Assembly (NCBI GenBank): GCA_044222065.1
Contig: JBGAOA010000010.1
Coordinates: 8,672-72,671, forward strand
Origin: Candidatus Eiseniibacteriota bacterium
GTDB lineage: Bacteria > Eisenbacteria > RBG-16-71-46
Length of the DNA: 64,000 bases
Direction of reading: 5' to 3'
Shown: positions 48,726 to 60,581 of the stretch, one piece after another
Layout: each line of letters opens with the position of its first letter
How positions within the stretch are numbered: position 1 is the first letter of the stretch
Notes under the pieces: model-generated
Seen by the model: only the letters and a program-made list of their open reading frames with translations
What the model was told of the DNA's origin: nothing
The model's database searches: none
Program-made: the position numbers and the translations under genes

Positions 48726-49783
48726 GCGCCACCCCGCAGCGCGCGCTGGCGGAGCCACGCGTCCACGAGCACGATCGCCACCATGCTCTCGGCGACCGGC
48801 ACGACGCGCGGGCAGATGCACGGATCGTGTCGCCCCTCGATCGCGACGGTGCGCGTCCCGCCCTCGGCGGTCGCCATCGTCTGGGGCTTGCCGATGGACG
48901 TCGCCGGTCGCACCGCGACGCGCACGACGACGTCGGCGCCGTTCGAGATCCCGCCGCTTACGCCGCCCGAGTGGTTCGTGCGGTAGCGCCCGTCCTCGAA
49001 CACGTCGTTCGTCTCGGATCCGCGCCGGCGCGTCATCTCGAAACCGCCGCCGATCTCGACGCCCTTGGTCGCCGGGATCGAGAGCATCGCGGCGCCGAGC
49101 GCGGCGTCGAGCTTCGCCATCGTCGGATCGCCCCAGCCGGCGGGCACGCCGCGCGCGACGATCTCGACGACGCCGCCGAGCGAGTCCTTCTCGTCGCGCG
49201 CCCGTTCGATCGCGCGCGCCATGTCGGCGGCCGCGGCCGCGTCGGGGCAGCGCACGGGATTGCGCTCGACCTCGTCCCAGTCGCGCGCTGCCGCCTCGAC
49301 GTCCGCGACGCGCACGGTGCCGCCGACGATCGTGACGCCGGCGGTCGCGAGCGCGAGCTTCGCGAGCGCGCCCGCCGCGACGCGGCCGACCGTCTCGCGG
49401 CCCGAGGCGCGCCCGCCGCCACGGTGGTCGCGCACGCCGTACTTCTGCGCGTAGGCGTAGTCGGCGTGCCCCGGCCGGTAGACGTCCTTCAGCGCGTCGT
49501 AGTCCTTCGAGCGCGAATCGGAGTTGCGCACGAGCATCGCGATCGGCGTGCCGAGCGTGACGCCGTCGTAGATCCCCGACAGCACCTCGACGCGGTCGGC
49601 CTCCTGCCGCTGGGTCGTGAGCGCGCTCTGTCCCGGGCGGCGGCGGTCGAGTTCGCGCTGGATCGCCTCGACCGCGACCGCGATGCCGGGCGGCATGCCG
49701 TCCACGACGACGCCGACGCCGGCGCCGTGCGACTCGCCGAACGTCGTGATCGTGAACAGCGTGCCGAAGGACGACGAGCCCAC
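48722..49783 (-). CDS. aroC: Chorismate synthase
   Basis: TTFGESHG, RRRPGQ, RPGHAD, RGGGRASGRET, NHSGGVSGGISNG, GRHDPC. Confidence 0.97.
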   Translation of the reverse strand: MGSSSFGTLFTITTFGESHGAGVGVVVDGMPPGIAVAVEAIQRELDRRRPGQSALTTQRQEADRVEVLSGIYDGVTLGTPIAMLVRNSDSRSKDYDALKDVYRPGHADYAYAQKYGVRDHRGGGRASGRETVGRVAAGALAKLALATAGVTIVGGTVRVADVEAAARDWDEVERNPVRCPDAAAAADMARAIERARDEKDSLGGVVEIVARGVPAGWGDPTMAKLDAALGAAMLSIPATKGVEIGGGFEMTRRRGSETNDVFEDGRYRTNHSGGVSGGISNGADVVVRVAVRPATSIGKPQTMATAEGGTRTVAIEGRHDPCICPRVVPVAESMVAIVLVDAWLRQRALRGGA

Positions 49784-50235
49784 TAGCGCTTCTTCGGCCG
49801 TCGCGCGGGACGCGACGCGGCGCGCTTCGCGCTCGCGAGGTAGGCCGCGTTCACGCGCGCGCGGAAGGCGAGGTGGTCCTGCACGAGACGCTCGAACTGG
49901 TAGAGGTAGGTCGGCCGCAGGTCCGCGCGCGCGCCGGCGATCCAGCTCTTGCAGCGCTCCCACGTGACGATGTCCTCGCCCGTGTGATCGAAGAACAGGT
50001 CCGGGTGGAGCAGGCCGCGATTGACGAGCGTCCCGACCATTTCCCAGTACGAGATCGTCATCCGGAACCAGCGGTCCTCGTCCGAGTGCGACAGGTAGCG
50101 GGCCTTGATCTCGGACCACTCCCCGGGCTTGAACTCGCTCAGGAACCACGCGCGCGCGCGGCGCAACTGCGGCTCGCGCCGCATCTCGTAGAGCTTGAGC
50201 AGCAGTTCGGCGTCCGCCGGTGCGGGCTTGCGCAT
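49783..50235 (-). CDS. Conserved hypothetical protein (DUF4760-like)
   Basis: DAELLLKLYEMRRE..RRARAW...SYWEM pattern; translationally coupled to aroC. Confidence 0.65.
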   Translation of the reverse strand: MRKPAPADAELLLKLYEMRREPQLRRARAWFLSEFKPGEWSEIKARYLSHSDEDRWFRMTISYWEMVGTLVNRGLLHPDLFFDHTGEDIVTWERCKSWIAGARADLRPTYLYQFERLVQDHLAFRARVNAAYLASAKRAASRPARRPKKR

Positions 50236-50371
50236 GTCGTCACCTCTCGGGTTGGGATCGATCGCGGAGCGCGAAATCTACTCAATCCCGTTCGCCCGGG
50301 TCGAGCGCCGAAGCACGCGCGTCGCCCGCGCGAGTTGCGTCCGCGGCGCGGGCAGGCTATCGCTCCCGCCC

Positions 50372-51913
<1,542 letters not shown>

Positions 51914-52171
51914 GGGCGCGGCGAAAAGACGCGGGCGGACGCCCCTCGCGGAGCGCCCGCCGCATCGCGCTCACCGGGCGGTCGTTCCTCCACCCGGCGC
52001 GTATCGGAAGCGCCGCATCGGGCCTCACGACGCCCTCCGTAGTCTCGGCGGCGAATGCGGCGGCTGTAGCCCCTCCACCCGGGACCGCGCGGGGCCCTGT
52101 GCTAGCGTGACACCGCAGCGCCGCGCCGCGCGCGGCGCGACTCCTCCACTCCGCACGTGTTCGAGGGCCGC

Positions 52172-53167
52172 ATGGACACCCCTTCCGAAACCCCGTCTCC
52201 CGCGCTCGTTCCGCCGAACGCTCCCGCCGCGCCGATTCGGTTCCAGTACGTCGCCGACGGCGGCGAACTGTTCGGCATTCGATTCATGACCTCGCTGCTC
52301 TCGATCGTCACGCTCGGGATCTACTACGCGTGGGGGCGGGCGCGCGAGCTGCGCTACGTCATCGGGGCCGTTCACGCCGACGACGACGAGTTCACGTTCC
52401 ACGGCCACGGCCGCGAGATCTTCCTCGGCCTGCTGAAGGCGTGGGCGATGTTCCTGCTTCCGCTCGTCGGGCTCTACGCGGTGCTGCTCACGTCGAAGGA
52501 CTCGGGCCTCGAGCTCGCGGTGCTGCTCGGCTTCTACGCCGTGCTCGGACTGTTCGTGATCTACGCCGCGATCGGTTCGCTGCGCTACCGCTCGAGCCGC
52601 ACGACGTGGCGCGGGATCCGCTTCGGTTTCGACGGGACGTTCAACGAGTTCGGCGCCGCTTACCTGCCGCGCGTGCTGCTGGTCCTCTTCTCGCTCGGCA
52701 TCGCCTATCCGTTCGTCGCGACCTGGCGGCGCGACTACGTGCTCTCGCACGCGCGCCTCGGCAGCGAGCGCTTCGCCTTCGACGGCAAGGCCGACGACCT
52801 GTTCGCCCGCTACCTGATGTGCTGGTTCCTCGCGATCCCGACGCTCGGCCTGTCGCTCGCCTGGTACCACGGCTTCCAGCAGCAGTACTTCTGGAACCAC
52901 ACGCGGCTCGCGGGCGGCCGCTTCCGCTGCGGACTCTCGGGCTCGGACTGGCTCGTGCTCGGGATCCAGAACGCGCTCCTCGCGGCCGTGACGTTCGGCA
53001 TCGCCGTGCCGTGGATCTACGTCCGGCTCCACGAGCGCTTCTTCGGGACCCTGCACCTCGAGGGGCTGGACGTCGCGAAGCTGCGCCGCGGCGAGAGCGA
53101 GGGATCGGCGCTCGGCGAGGCGGCGGGCGACCTGCTCGACTCGGACGGCGGCTTCGACCTCGGATGA
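52172..53167 (+). CDS. YjgN/DUF898 family membrane protein
   Basis: LLSIVTLGIYYAW, F.FHG.G.E.F, T.WRGIRF.FDG and TFGIAVPW repeats. Confidence 0.9.
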   Translation: MDTPSETPSPALVPPNAPAAPIRFQYVADGGELFGIRFMTSLLSIVTLGIYYAWGRARELRYVIGAVHADDDEFTFHGHGREIFLGLLKAWAMFLLPLVGLYAVLLTSKDSGLELAVLLGFYAVLGLFVIYAAIGSLRYRSSRTTWRGIRFGFDGTFNEFGAAYLPRVLLVLFSLGIAYPFVATWRRDYVLSHARLGSERFAFDGKADDLFARYLMCWFLAIPTLGLSLAWYHGFQQQYFWNHTRLAGGRFRCGLSGSDWLVLGIQNALLAAVTFGIAVPWIYVRLHERFFGTLHLEGLDVAKLRRGESEGSALGEAAGDLLDSDGGFDLG

Positions 53168-54300
53168 GCGAGCCGGCGACCCCCGCACGATTCCCGGCAC
53201 GGCTCTTCGACGGCGAGTCGGCCGAAGCGCACGCGGTGACGGCGGAGCCGCTCGGCTTCGGCGTGCGCGTGGTGCGCGCGGACGGTCGCGAGGACGTGTG
53301 GCCGTACGCCGAGTGCGTGCTCGTGCGCGGCGAGGCGCGCGGCGAGGACGTGCAGCTCGAACGACGCGCCGATCCCGTCGAGGTGCTCGTCGTCCGGGAC
53401 GGTTCGTTCCTCGCCGAGATGCGCGCCGCGCTTCCGCCCGCGACGCGGCTCGCGCGGCTCGGCGGGCCGTCGTTCGGCCTGCGCGCCGTGCTGTGGATCG
53501 CGCTCGCCGCCGCCGCGCTGCTGTTCGGCCTCTACCGTTGGGGGCTTCCCGGCCTCGCGGAGTTCGCCGCCGCCCGCGTGCCGCCCGCGTGGGAGGCGAA
53601 GCTCGGCGAGGCCGTGGTCGAGGAGCTCGCCCCCGCCGAGCGGCGGATCGAGAATCCCGCGGTGACGGGGCCCGTGATCGCGATCCACGCCCGGCTCCGC
53701 GACGGCACGCCAGCGGCCGAGTCGCGCGTCGTCGTCGCCCGGCTCCCGATGGTGAACGCCTTCGCCGCGCCCGGCGGCACGATCGTCGTCACGACGCCGT
53801 TGCTCGACGCGCTGCACTCCCCCGAGGAACTCGCGGCGGTGCTCGCGCACGAGCTCGCGCACGTCGAACGCCGCCACGCGCTCCGCGGGCTCATCCAGCA
53901 GCTGTCGCTGCAGGCGCTGCTCGGACTCATCGCGGGCGATGCCTCCGCGCTCGGCGAGGGCCTGCGCGTCGCGGGACGGCTCGGAAGCCTGTCGTACAGC
54001 CGTGCCGACGAACTCGCGGCCGACGACGGCGCCGAGACGCTGCTCGAGCGCGCCGGGGTCGGAGGCGCGGCGCTCGCCGACGCGCTCGAGAGTCTCGGCC
54101 GCGCCTCGCCACGCTCGGGCGGCCTCGACTTCCTCTCGACCCACCCCGCCCCCGAGCGCGCGCGCGGCGGATTCGCGCGCGAGCGCGCGGCGGGCCGGGC
54201 GACCCCGGACGGCGAGCCGCTCGTCGGACCCGAGGCGTGGCGGGCGATGCAGGAGGCCGCGCGCGCCTCGGGCGGGGACGCCGGAGCGCTCACGCGCTGA
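53164..54300 (+). CDS. M48 family metallopeptidase
   Basis: VNAFAAPGG, LAHELAH, YSRADELAAD, FLSTHP. ATGA-coupled to YjgN, a common gene pair. Confidence 0.92.
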   Translation: MSEPATPARFPARLFDGESAEAHAVTAEPLGFGVRVVRADGREDVWPYAECVLVRGEARGEDVQLERRADPVEVLVVRDGSFLAEMRAALPPATRLARLGGPSFGLRAVLWIALAAAALLFGLYRWGLPGLAEFAAARVPPAWEAKLGEAVVEELAPAERRIENPAVTGPVIAIHARLRDGTPAAESRVVVARLPMVNAFAAPGGTIVVTTPLLDALHSPEELAAVLAHELAHVERRHALRGLIQQLSLQALLGLIAGDASALGEGLRVAGRLGSLSYSRADELAADDGAETLLERAGVGGAALADALESLGRASPRSGGLDFLSTHPAPERARGGFARERAAGRATPDGEPLVGPEAWRAMQEAARASGGDAGALTR

Positions 54301-54547
54301 GCGCGCTCGCCCCTTCGGCCGTCGCCGACGAGCGGCTTCGGTGCTAGTCTTCGGGCCGTGAGGCGCAAGCGCGGCGCCCCGCCGCGGTCGCACAGACCTC
54401 CTCGCGGGAGCCGCGTCGCCCGGAACGGGTCCGACCGCCCGCGTCGTTGACTCCGCCCGTTCCCTCCGCGCGCGCGACCGCGTGCGCCTGCGACCTCCGC
54501 GCTCCGGGCATCCGCGCCTTTCGCTTCGCGAAAGGAGGCGAAGAGCC

Positions 54548-55228
54548 ATGCTGGCGATTCCACGCCACGGGAGCTTCCCGTGGCTCGCCGCGATCCTCGC
54601 GCTCGCGTTCGCCGTTCCGGCGGCGCGTGCGGCGCCGGCGGCCGCGGCCAAGACGCCGACGCCGAGCGAGACCTCGGAGCCGCTCGAGATCCACGACACC
54701 GGCGCGAACCTGCAACGCGCGTTCGGCGGCGAAGTGAACGCGCACCATCGCTACCTGGAGGCCGCGAAGGTCGCGGAGTCCGAAGGCCGCCGCGACGTGG
54801 CGGCGCTGTTCCGCGCGTGCGCGACGGCCGAACAGGCGCACGCCGACCGGCACGTCGAGGCGATCGCGTGGACGAGCGGCGGCGAAGCGCGCGCGATGAT
54901 GGCGCGGCTGTCGCTCGGAACGACGCTCGAGAACCTGCAGCTCGCGGCGGCGCTCGAGGACTATGAAGTGCAGTCGCTCTACCCCGCGCTGCTCGAGCGC
55001 GCGAAAACCGAAGGGCACACCGAGGCGGTGCGCTCGTTCAACTTCGCGCTCTCCGCGGAGCGTGAGCACGCACGGCTGCTGCGCTCGGCGCTCGACCGCT
55101 GGAACGCGGGCGCGGGGCCCGCGGCGTTCCACGTCTGCCCGAAGTGCGGCAAGACCGTCGTGGACGTGACGTTCCCGAAGTGTCCGAACTGCTTCACGAG
55201 CGCCCGCCGCTTCGTGCGGGTGTCGTAA
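54548..55228 (+). CDS. Rubrerythrin with an N-terminal signal peptide
   Basis: NLQRAFGGE..A..RY, LF....AEQAH, TLENL, AEREH, C-terminal CPKCG...CPNC. Signal peptide ends AARA; SD AAGGAGG. Confidence 0.88.
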   Translation: MLAIPRHGSFPWLAAILALAFAVPAARAAPAAAAKTPTPSETSEPLEIHDTGANLQRAFGGEVNAHHRYLEAAKVAESEGRRDVAALFRACATAEQAHADRHVEAIAWTSGGEARAMMARLSLGTTLENLQLAAALEDYEVQSLYPALLERAKTEGHTEAVRSFNFALSAEREHARLLRSALDRWNAGAGPAAFHVCPKCGKTVVDVTFPKCPNCFTSARRFVRVS

Positions 55229-55256
55229 CGCAGCGGACGAGAAAGCGAGGTTCCTC

Positions 55257-55829
55257 ATGTCGGTGCTTCCCGCCGTTCCCGGGTGGGACGGACTCCATCC
55301 GGCGCTGGCGCAGTTCCCGCTCGCGCTGATCGCCGCAGCCCCCGTGCTGCTCGTCGTCGGACTGTTCGCGCGCGGCGCGTGGCGCAGCTGGACCATCGCG
55401 GCGCTGCTCCTGCTCGCGCTCGGCGCCGCGGCCTCGTGGTTCGCGAGCGCGACGGGCCACGCGGCGGGCCAGCTCGTCACGAAGACGCCGCAGCTCGAGG
55501 CCGCGATCCTGCGGCACGAGTCGCTCGGCGTGCTGACGCGCAACGTGGCCACGCTGCTCGTGTTCGTGCTCGGGGCCCTGCTGCTCGTGCCGCGCGTGTT
55601 CCGCCGGGAATGGCCCGAGCCGCTGCGCATCGGCGTCTATGCGGTGTTCGCGCTCGTGTCCATCGCGGCGAGCGGCCTCGTACTGAAGACGGCCGATCGC
55701 GGCGGACGGCTCGTGCACGAGTACGGCGTGCGGGCGATCGTAGCGCCGGAGCAGAAGACGGCGACGGCCGCCGCGAGCGCCGTGGCCGAATCGCCCTCCC
55801 CCGTGCCGCCGGCGGCGCCTCAACGCTGA
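55257..55829 (+). CDS. DUF2231-like membrane protein
   Basis: LHPALAQFPLAL, ATG..A, RHE.LG, GGRLVHEYGV; four TM helices. Confidence 0.75.
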   Translation: MSVLPAVPGWDGLHPALAQFPLALIAAAPVLLVVGLFARGAWRSWTIAALLLLALGAAASWFASATGHAAGQLVTKTPQLEAAILRHESLGVLTRNVATLLVFVLGALLLVPRVFRREWPEPLRIGVYAVFALVSIAASGLVLKTADRGGRLVHEYGVRAIVAPEQKTATAAASAVAESPSPVPPAAPQR

Positions 55830-55987
55830 CGGTGCGGCCGAGCCCCGGCGCCGGGCCCGTCCGTCCGGCGCCGGGGAACCTTTTCGAGCGCTGGACGCTT
55901 CGAGCGGCGGATGCGACATCCTCGGGACGGAGCGGCGCCGGGACGCGCGCCGCGAACTCCCGCCACGGGCCGCGAAAGGACGACGGC

Positions 55988-57052
55988 ATGGAATGGACGC
56001 TGACACTCGCCGCGCTGCTGGTCGGCGCGGGACTCCAGGCGCCCGCGCGCGAATCGTCCGCGACGCCGCGCGAGCTCGGCCGCGTGCGCTGGGGCCACGA
56101 CCTCGACCACGCGTTCGAGCGCTCGCGGTCGGACGGACGCCCGGTCGCGCTGCTCTTCGACGAGGTGCCGGGCTGCGCGACGTGCGTCGGGTTCGGCCGG
56201 CAGGTGCTCGGCCATCCGCTGATCGCAGACGCGCTCGAGAGCGAGTTCGTTCCCGTGTTCGTCGCGAACAATCGTCCGGGGCGCGACGCCGAATCGCTCG
56301 CGCGCTTCCGCGAGCCCGCCTGGAACAACCCCGTCCTGCGCCTGCTCGATGCGCGCGGTCGCGACCTGATCCCGCGGGCCGATGGCGTGTACGCGCCGCA
56401 CGAGATCACGGCCCGCCTCGTGAAGTCGCTCTCGGCCGCGCGCCGGCCCGTGCCCGGCTACCTCGTGCTCGCGTCGCTCGAGACGCGGATCGCGACGCGC
56501 TCCGAGGCCGCGTTCGCGATGCACTGCTTCTGGGAGGGCGAGGCGCAGCTCGGAGGGCTCGACGGCGTCATCGCCGTGGAAGCGTTCCACTGGCAGGGGC
56601 ACGAGGCGGTGCGGGTCGTGTTCGACGAGTCCGCGCTCCCCTACGAACGACTCGTGCGCGAGGCCGAGGAGCGCGATTGCGCCGATCGCGTGATCGCGCG
56701 CACGACGCGGCAGTACGACGTGGCCCGCAGGATCGTCGGCGCGCGCGCCGTCCGCTCCGACGCCACGGGGCGGCCCGCGGCGGCCGGCGACCACGAGCAC
56801 GCGCTGTCCGCCTCCCCGCTGCGCTGGCTGCCGCTCACGGCGGCGCAGGCCGCGCGCGTCAACGCGGCGCTCGCGACCGGGGCCGCACCCGAACGCTGGC
56901 TGAGCCCGCGCCAGCGCGCGCTCGCGGCCGAGATCGCGCTCGTCGCGCACGATGCTCCGGCCCGGCTCGCGGGACTCGAACGACCGGCGGAGTTCGAGCG
57001 CCTCGAAGACTACGAAGCGCGCCTCGTCGGAGCGCTGGCCGCCGCGCACTAG
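55988..57052 (+). CDS. Exported thioredoxin-like protein (VPGCxxC, Cys form of the VPGUxxT-type family) with an MsrA-like C-terminal part
   Basis: ELGRVRW, LLFDEVPGCATC, EPAWNNPV, then AAFAMHCFWEGE...EAVRVVFD. Confidence 0.78.
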   Translation: MEWTLTLAALLVGAGLQAPARESSATPRELGRVRWGHDLDHAFERSRSDGRPVALLFDEVPGCATCVGFGRQVLGHPLIADALESEFVPVFVANNRPGRDAESLARFREPAWNNPVLRLLDARGRDLIPRADGVYAPHEITARLVKSLSAARRPVPGYLVLASLETRIATRSEAAFAMHCFWEGEAQLGGLDGVIAVEAFHWQGHEAVRVVFDESALPYERLVREAEERDCADRVIARTTRQYDVARRIVGARAVRSDATGRPAAAGDHEHALSASPLRWLPLTAAQAARVNAALATGAAPERWLSPRQRALAAEIALVAHDAPARLAGLERPAEFERLEDYEARLVGALAAAH

Positions 57053-57116
57053 GCGCCGCTCGAAGTCGCGATCGCCGGCGCGCCGGGTACGGATCGCGGC
57101 GCGCCGGCGCCGTCGT

Positions 57117-60100
57117 TCAGCGCACGACCATCAGCTTCCGCTGCGCGCTCGCGCGTCCCGCGTCGAGCCTGCAGAAGTAGAGCCCGCTCGCGAGCCCGCG
57201 CGCTTCGATCGTCACGCGGTAGCGGCCGGCCGTCTGCCGCTCGTTGACGAGCGTCTTCACCTCGCGACCCTGCACGTCGAAGAGCCGCAGCACGACGTGC
57301 TCGGCCGCCGGCAGGTCGTACAGCAGGCTGGCGCGGCCGTGCACCGGGTTCGGCGCGACCGGCGCGAGCGCGAGCGCGGCGACCGGGCCCGAGGCGACCG
57401 GTTCCACGTCCACGAGCCGCACCGAGTCCGTGCCGCCGAACTGGTAGTAGCGCGCCGCGAACTCCTGCAGGTAGTGGTTCGCGATGACGTGGTCGTGGAT
57501 CACGAGCGTGTTCTCGTTGTTCGACGCCTCGGCCGCCGCGGACCAGTTGTGCGATCCCGTGAGGACGAAGCTCGACCAGCCGGGACTCTCGGCGTCGCCG
57601 ACGAGGTACTTGTGGTGCAGGAGCCCACCGCCCGTGTTGAGGTGCACGTCCACGCCGGCCGAGACGAGGTTCCCGTACTCGGAGCCGGTGTCCGTGCCGT
57701 TGTCGAGGTCGCCCCGCACCTTGAGTCCCGCGTTCTTGCGCGCGATGAGTCCGTTCGCGAGGTCCGAGCGCGTGAGCGTCAGCAGCTCGAAGCCGAGCGA
57801 ATGCTGTGCGGCGTTGATCGCGGTGAGGATCTTGAACGTCGTGCCGTCCGACGGGCTGAAGTAGCACTCGACCGCCTTGCCGCCGATCGAGAAACGGTGT
57901 GGCGTGTCGTCCAGCTTGCGAGCGCCGAAGCGCGAGACGGACGCGTTCGGAGTGCTCGTCGAGCTGCCCCACATCTCGTCGAACTCCATCGTGTAGACCT
58001 TCGCAAGCGATTGGTCCTGGATTTCGATCGCGTTCTGGTAGTCGTTGTTCGTGCCCGGATCGGTCGGATTCCACGAGCCGGTCCACACCCACGCGCTCTC
58101 GGGCGCGCCCGCGCGGCCGTCGATCACGAAGAACTTGTTGTGCATGAGGCCGGCGCCGAAGTTCACGGGATCGAAGCGGTCGTTGATCAGCGGAATCCCC
58201 GCCGACGTGAGCGAATTGAACGCCGTCGTGGCCTGGTTGTCGTACTCGCAGATCACGCGCACGTTCACGCCGCGGTTCTTCGCGGCGATCAGCGCGTTCG
58301 CGAGCGTCGTGCCGGGCGTGCCGCTCAGGTTGTAGATCGCCGCGTCGATCGAGCGCCGCGCGCCGTCGAGCCGCGGTACGAGCTGGGCCGGAAGGTCCAC
58401 GTTTCCGTTCGCCGGCGAGATCGTCATCACGCCCGTGTTCACGCTCTTGTTGAAGTAGACGTGCATCAAGCCCGTGGACGCCGGTGTCGAAGCGGTGATG
58501 AACACGCTCGTGGCGCTGAAATTCGCGCCGTTCCCGTCGGCCGAGCCGGCGCTGTAGTAGTAGAGCGTCGCGGGCTGGAGCCCGGACACCGTGAGCGCGT
58601 GGTTCGTGACGGCCGCAGCGTCCACGGCGCTGTCGCCGAGCGCCGGCGTGAGTCCGTAGCGGACGACGCTCGTCGAGGCCACGTCGGTCGTCCAGTTGAT
58701 GCGCACCGAGTTCCAGGCGATCTGGTCCTCGTAGGGCGTCGTCAGGAGGATCGGACCGGGGTGCGCGATGATGTCGTCCGGCGTGCGCGGCGAGATCTCG
58801 TAGTCCGCCGTGTACGGGGGCCCTGGCGCCGGCGTGCCGGGCTTGAACTGCTTCAGCACGCCGATGACGTCGAAGACGCTCGGCGCCGGCGGGTAGCTCG
58901 CCGGGATGAAGATGTTCGTCGTGCCGCTCGCGTCCGTGATCGTCGAGGTGATCGAGTTGTAGGTCACGCCGTTGATGCGGATGAGGCGGCTCTCGTTCGG
59001 CTCGGTCCAGTCGAGGTGGAACGTGGCGTTCACGTCGGCGCACGACACGACGAGCGGCTCGGGCACCGGGCGTCCGGTCGAATGGCGCGTGAGCAGCGCG
59101 AAGTCGGGCTGGAGTTCCGTGAGCCCGCGGAACTGCAGGATCGTGCCGGTGACGGTGATGCTGTCCCCCGGCGCGAGCGTGATCGGACCGAGCGCGGCGT
59201 TGAACAGGTTGATACCGCCCGTCACGTCCTGGACGTAGACGTCCGTGCGCGTGCTGCTCAGGTTCGCGGTGACGATGCCGCTCACCGTCGCCTCGGCGCC
59301 GACGGCGTAGGGCGAGGCGGCGACGCCGCTCGCGTCGTTCACGTGCAGCGTCACGATCGGCACCAGCTCGAGCGCGCGCACCGAAGGCTGCGCCGCGATC
59401 GGGGTCAGCGTGCCGGCCGCGATGGCCGTGCGCGTCGTGAAGATCGAGGCGCCCTTCGTGGCCGGCGCCGTGAGGTTCGCGACCGTGACCGTGCCGGGAT
59501 TCGCGGTCGTGATCGCGGCGCCGGTCACGAACACCGTGTCGCCCGTGACCGAAGCACTTGCGCCACCGAGCCCCGCGCCGCTCAGCGACACGTCGCCGGC
59601 CGAGTGCGACCAGGTCCAGCCCGCGGGCACGAGGATCGCGACGCTCGCGAGCGTGTAGCTCGAGTCCTGCGTGATCGCGAACGCGAGCGAGGCGACCGAC
59701 TGGTTCGCGAACACGAGCGACGGGCTCACGGACACGAGCCCGGTGCCGTTGCCTCCGACCGCGAGCGCGGGCTCGATCGCGCTCGCCGCGTTCTGTGGAC
59801 TGCGGCCGTGGGTCTGGACCACGAAGTCGACCGAGTTGTTGTTCGTATCCTGGCCGTTGCCGAGCAGCGCGTGCGCGCCGCCGCTTCCGAGCGAGTCCGC
59901 GGTCGAACTCGAGAGGGCCTTGCGCTCGAGGCTCAGTCCGTTCGCGCTCGTGCCGTGGTTCGGCGCCGCGATGCCCTCGGGATCGATCGCGGTGCCCCAG
60001 CCCACCTTGTCCACTTCGACCGCGGCCGCGTTGATGATGCGCTCGTGGCCGTTGTCGGCCATGCCGGTGCCGGAGTTCCACAGCGCGGACATGTAGTCGG

Positions 60101-60422
60101 CGGCGGGACCCGAGTAGCTCGTCTGGTTCCCGATCAGGAAGTAGCCGTGCGCCGCGATCACCGTGCTCGCCGGCAGGATCGCGCGGTCGTTCCACGTCGT
60201 GCCGCTCGTGGACTTGTACTGGAGCTTCCAGCCCGACAGGTCGATCGGGGCGCTGGTCGGGTTGTACAGCTCGACGAACTCGTCGGTCGCGCTGGCGGGG
60301 CCGCGCGTGGCGAGTTCGCTGATGACGACCTGGCTCGAGGCGGTGGTCGCGGTCGCGGCCGCGAGGGCGAGCGCCGCCAGGGAGGCGAGCGCGCGGGAGG
60401 CGAAGTGGTGGAGGGAACGCAT
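57117..60422 (-). CDS. Secreted lamin-tail/OB/FN3/phospholipase D protein with an FlgD-Ig/T9SS-like C-terminal domain
   Basis: Signal peptide, VVISE..DEFVELYNP lamin-tail motif, two HKD motifs (MHNKFFVID, HHKYLVGD), C-terminal PNP...DVQGREV...LASGLYF.RL. Confidence 0.88.
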   Translation of the reverse strand: MRSLHHFASRALASLAALALAAATATTASSQVVISELATRGPASATDEFVELYNPTSAPIDLSGWKLQYKSTSGTTWNDRAILPASTVIAAHGYFLIGNQTSYSGPAADYMSALWNSGTGMADNGHERIINAAAVEVDKVGWGTAIDPEGIAAPNHGTSANGLSLERKALSSSTADSLGSGGAHALLGNGQDTNNNSVDFVVQTHGRSPQNAASAIEPALAVGGNGTGLVSVSPSLVFANQSVASLAFAITQDSSYTLASVAILVPAGWTWSHSAGDVSLSGAGLGGASASVTGDTVFVTGAAITTANPGTVTVANLTAPATKGASIFTTRTAIAAGTLTPIAAQPSVRALELVPIVTLHVNDASGVAASPYAVGAEATVSGIVTANLSSTRTDVYVQDVTGGINLFNAALGPITLAPGDSITVTGTILQFRGLTELQPDFALLTRHSTGRPVPEPLVVSCADVNATFHLDWTEPNESRLIRINGVTYNSITSTITDASGTTNIFIPASYPPAPSVFDVIGVLKQFKPGTPAPGPPYTADYEISPRTPDDIIAHPGPILLTTPYEDQIAWNSVRINWTTDVASTSVVRYGLTPALGDSAVDAAAVTNHALTVSGLQPATLYYYSAGSADGNGANFSATSVFITASTPASTGLMHVYFNKSVNTGVMTISPANGNVDLPAQLVPRLDGARRSIDAAIYNLSGTPGTTLANALIAAKNRGVNVRVICEYDNQATTAFNSLTSAGIPLINDRFDPVNFGAGLMHNKFFVIDGRAGAPESAWVWTGSWNPTDPGTNNDYQNAIEIQDQSLAKVYTMEFDEMWGSSTSTPNASVSRFGARKLDDTPHRFSIGGKAVECYFSPSDGTTFKILTAINAAQHSLGFELLTLTRSDLANGLIARKNAGLKVRGDLDNGTDTGSEYGNLVSAGVDVHLNTGGGLLHHKYLVGDAESPGWSSFVLTGSHNWSAAAEASNNENTLVIHDHVIANHYLQEFAARYYQFGGTDSVRLVDVEPVASGPVAALALAPVAPNPVHGRASLLYDLPAAEHVVLRLFDVQGREVKTLVNERQTAGRYRVTIEARGLASGLYFCRLDAGRASAQRKLMVVR

Positions 60423-60581
60423 GGATGCTCCGCGAGAAGGGTTCGGGAACGGCGACGAACGCCGGAGAGAGTAGCACGCGGGTCCGTGACGAATCGCCGT
60501 TCGAGCGTTTCCCTTTCGAAGGCCTGCGTCCTAGAGTGCCTCCGCTCGCCAGCGGACCGACGAATCCTCTCAGGAGCCCTC

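Noticed and set aside
56160..56190. VPGUxxT-type protein as a selenoprotein in this genome
   Set aside because: The codon is TGC (VPGCATC), so this is the Cys form.
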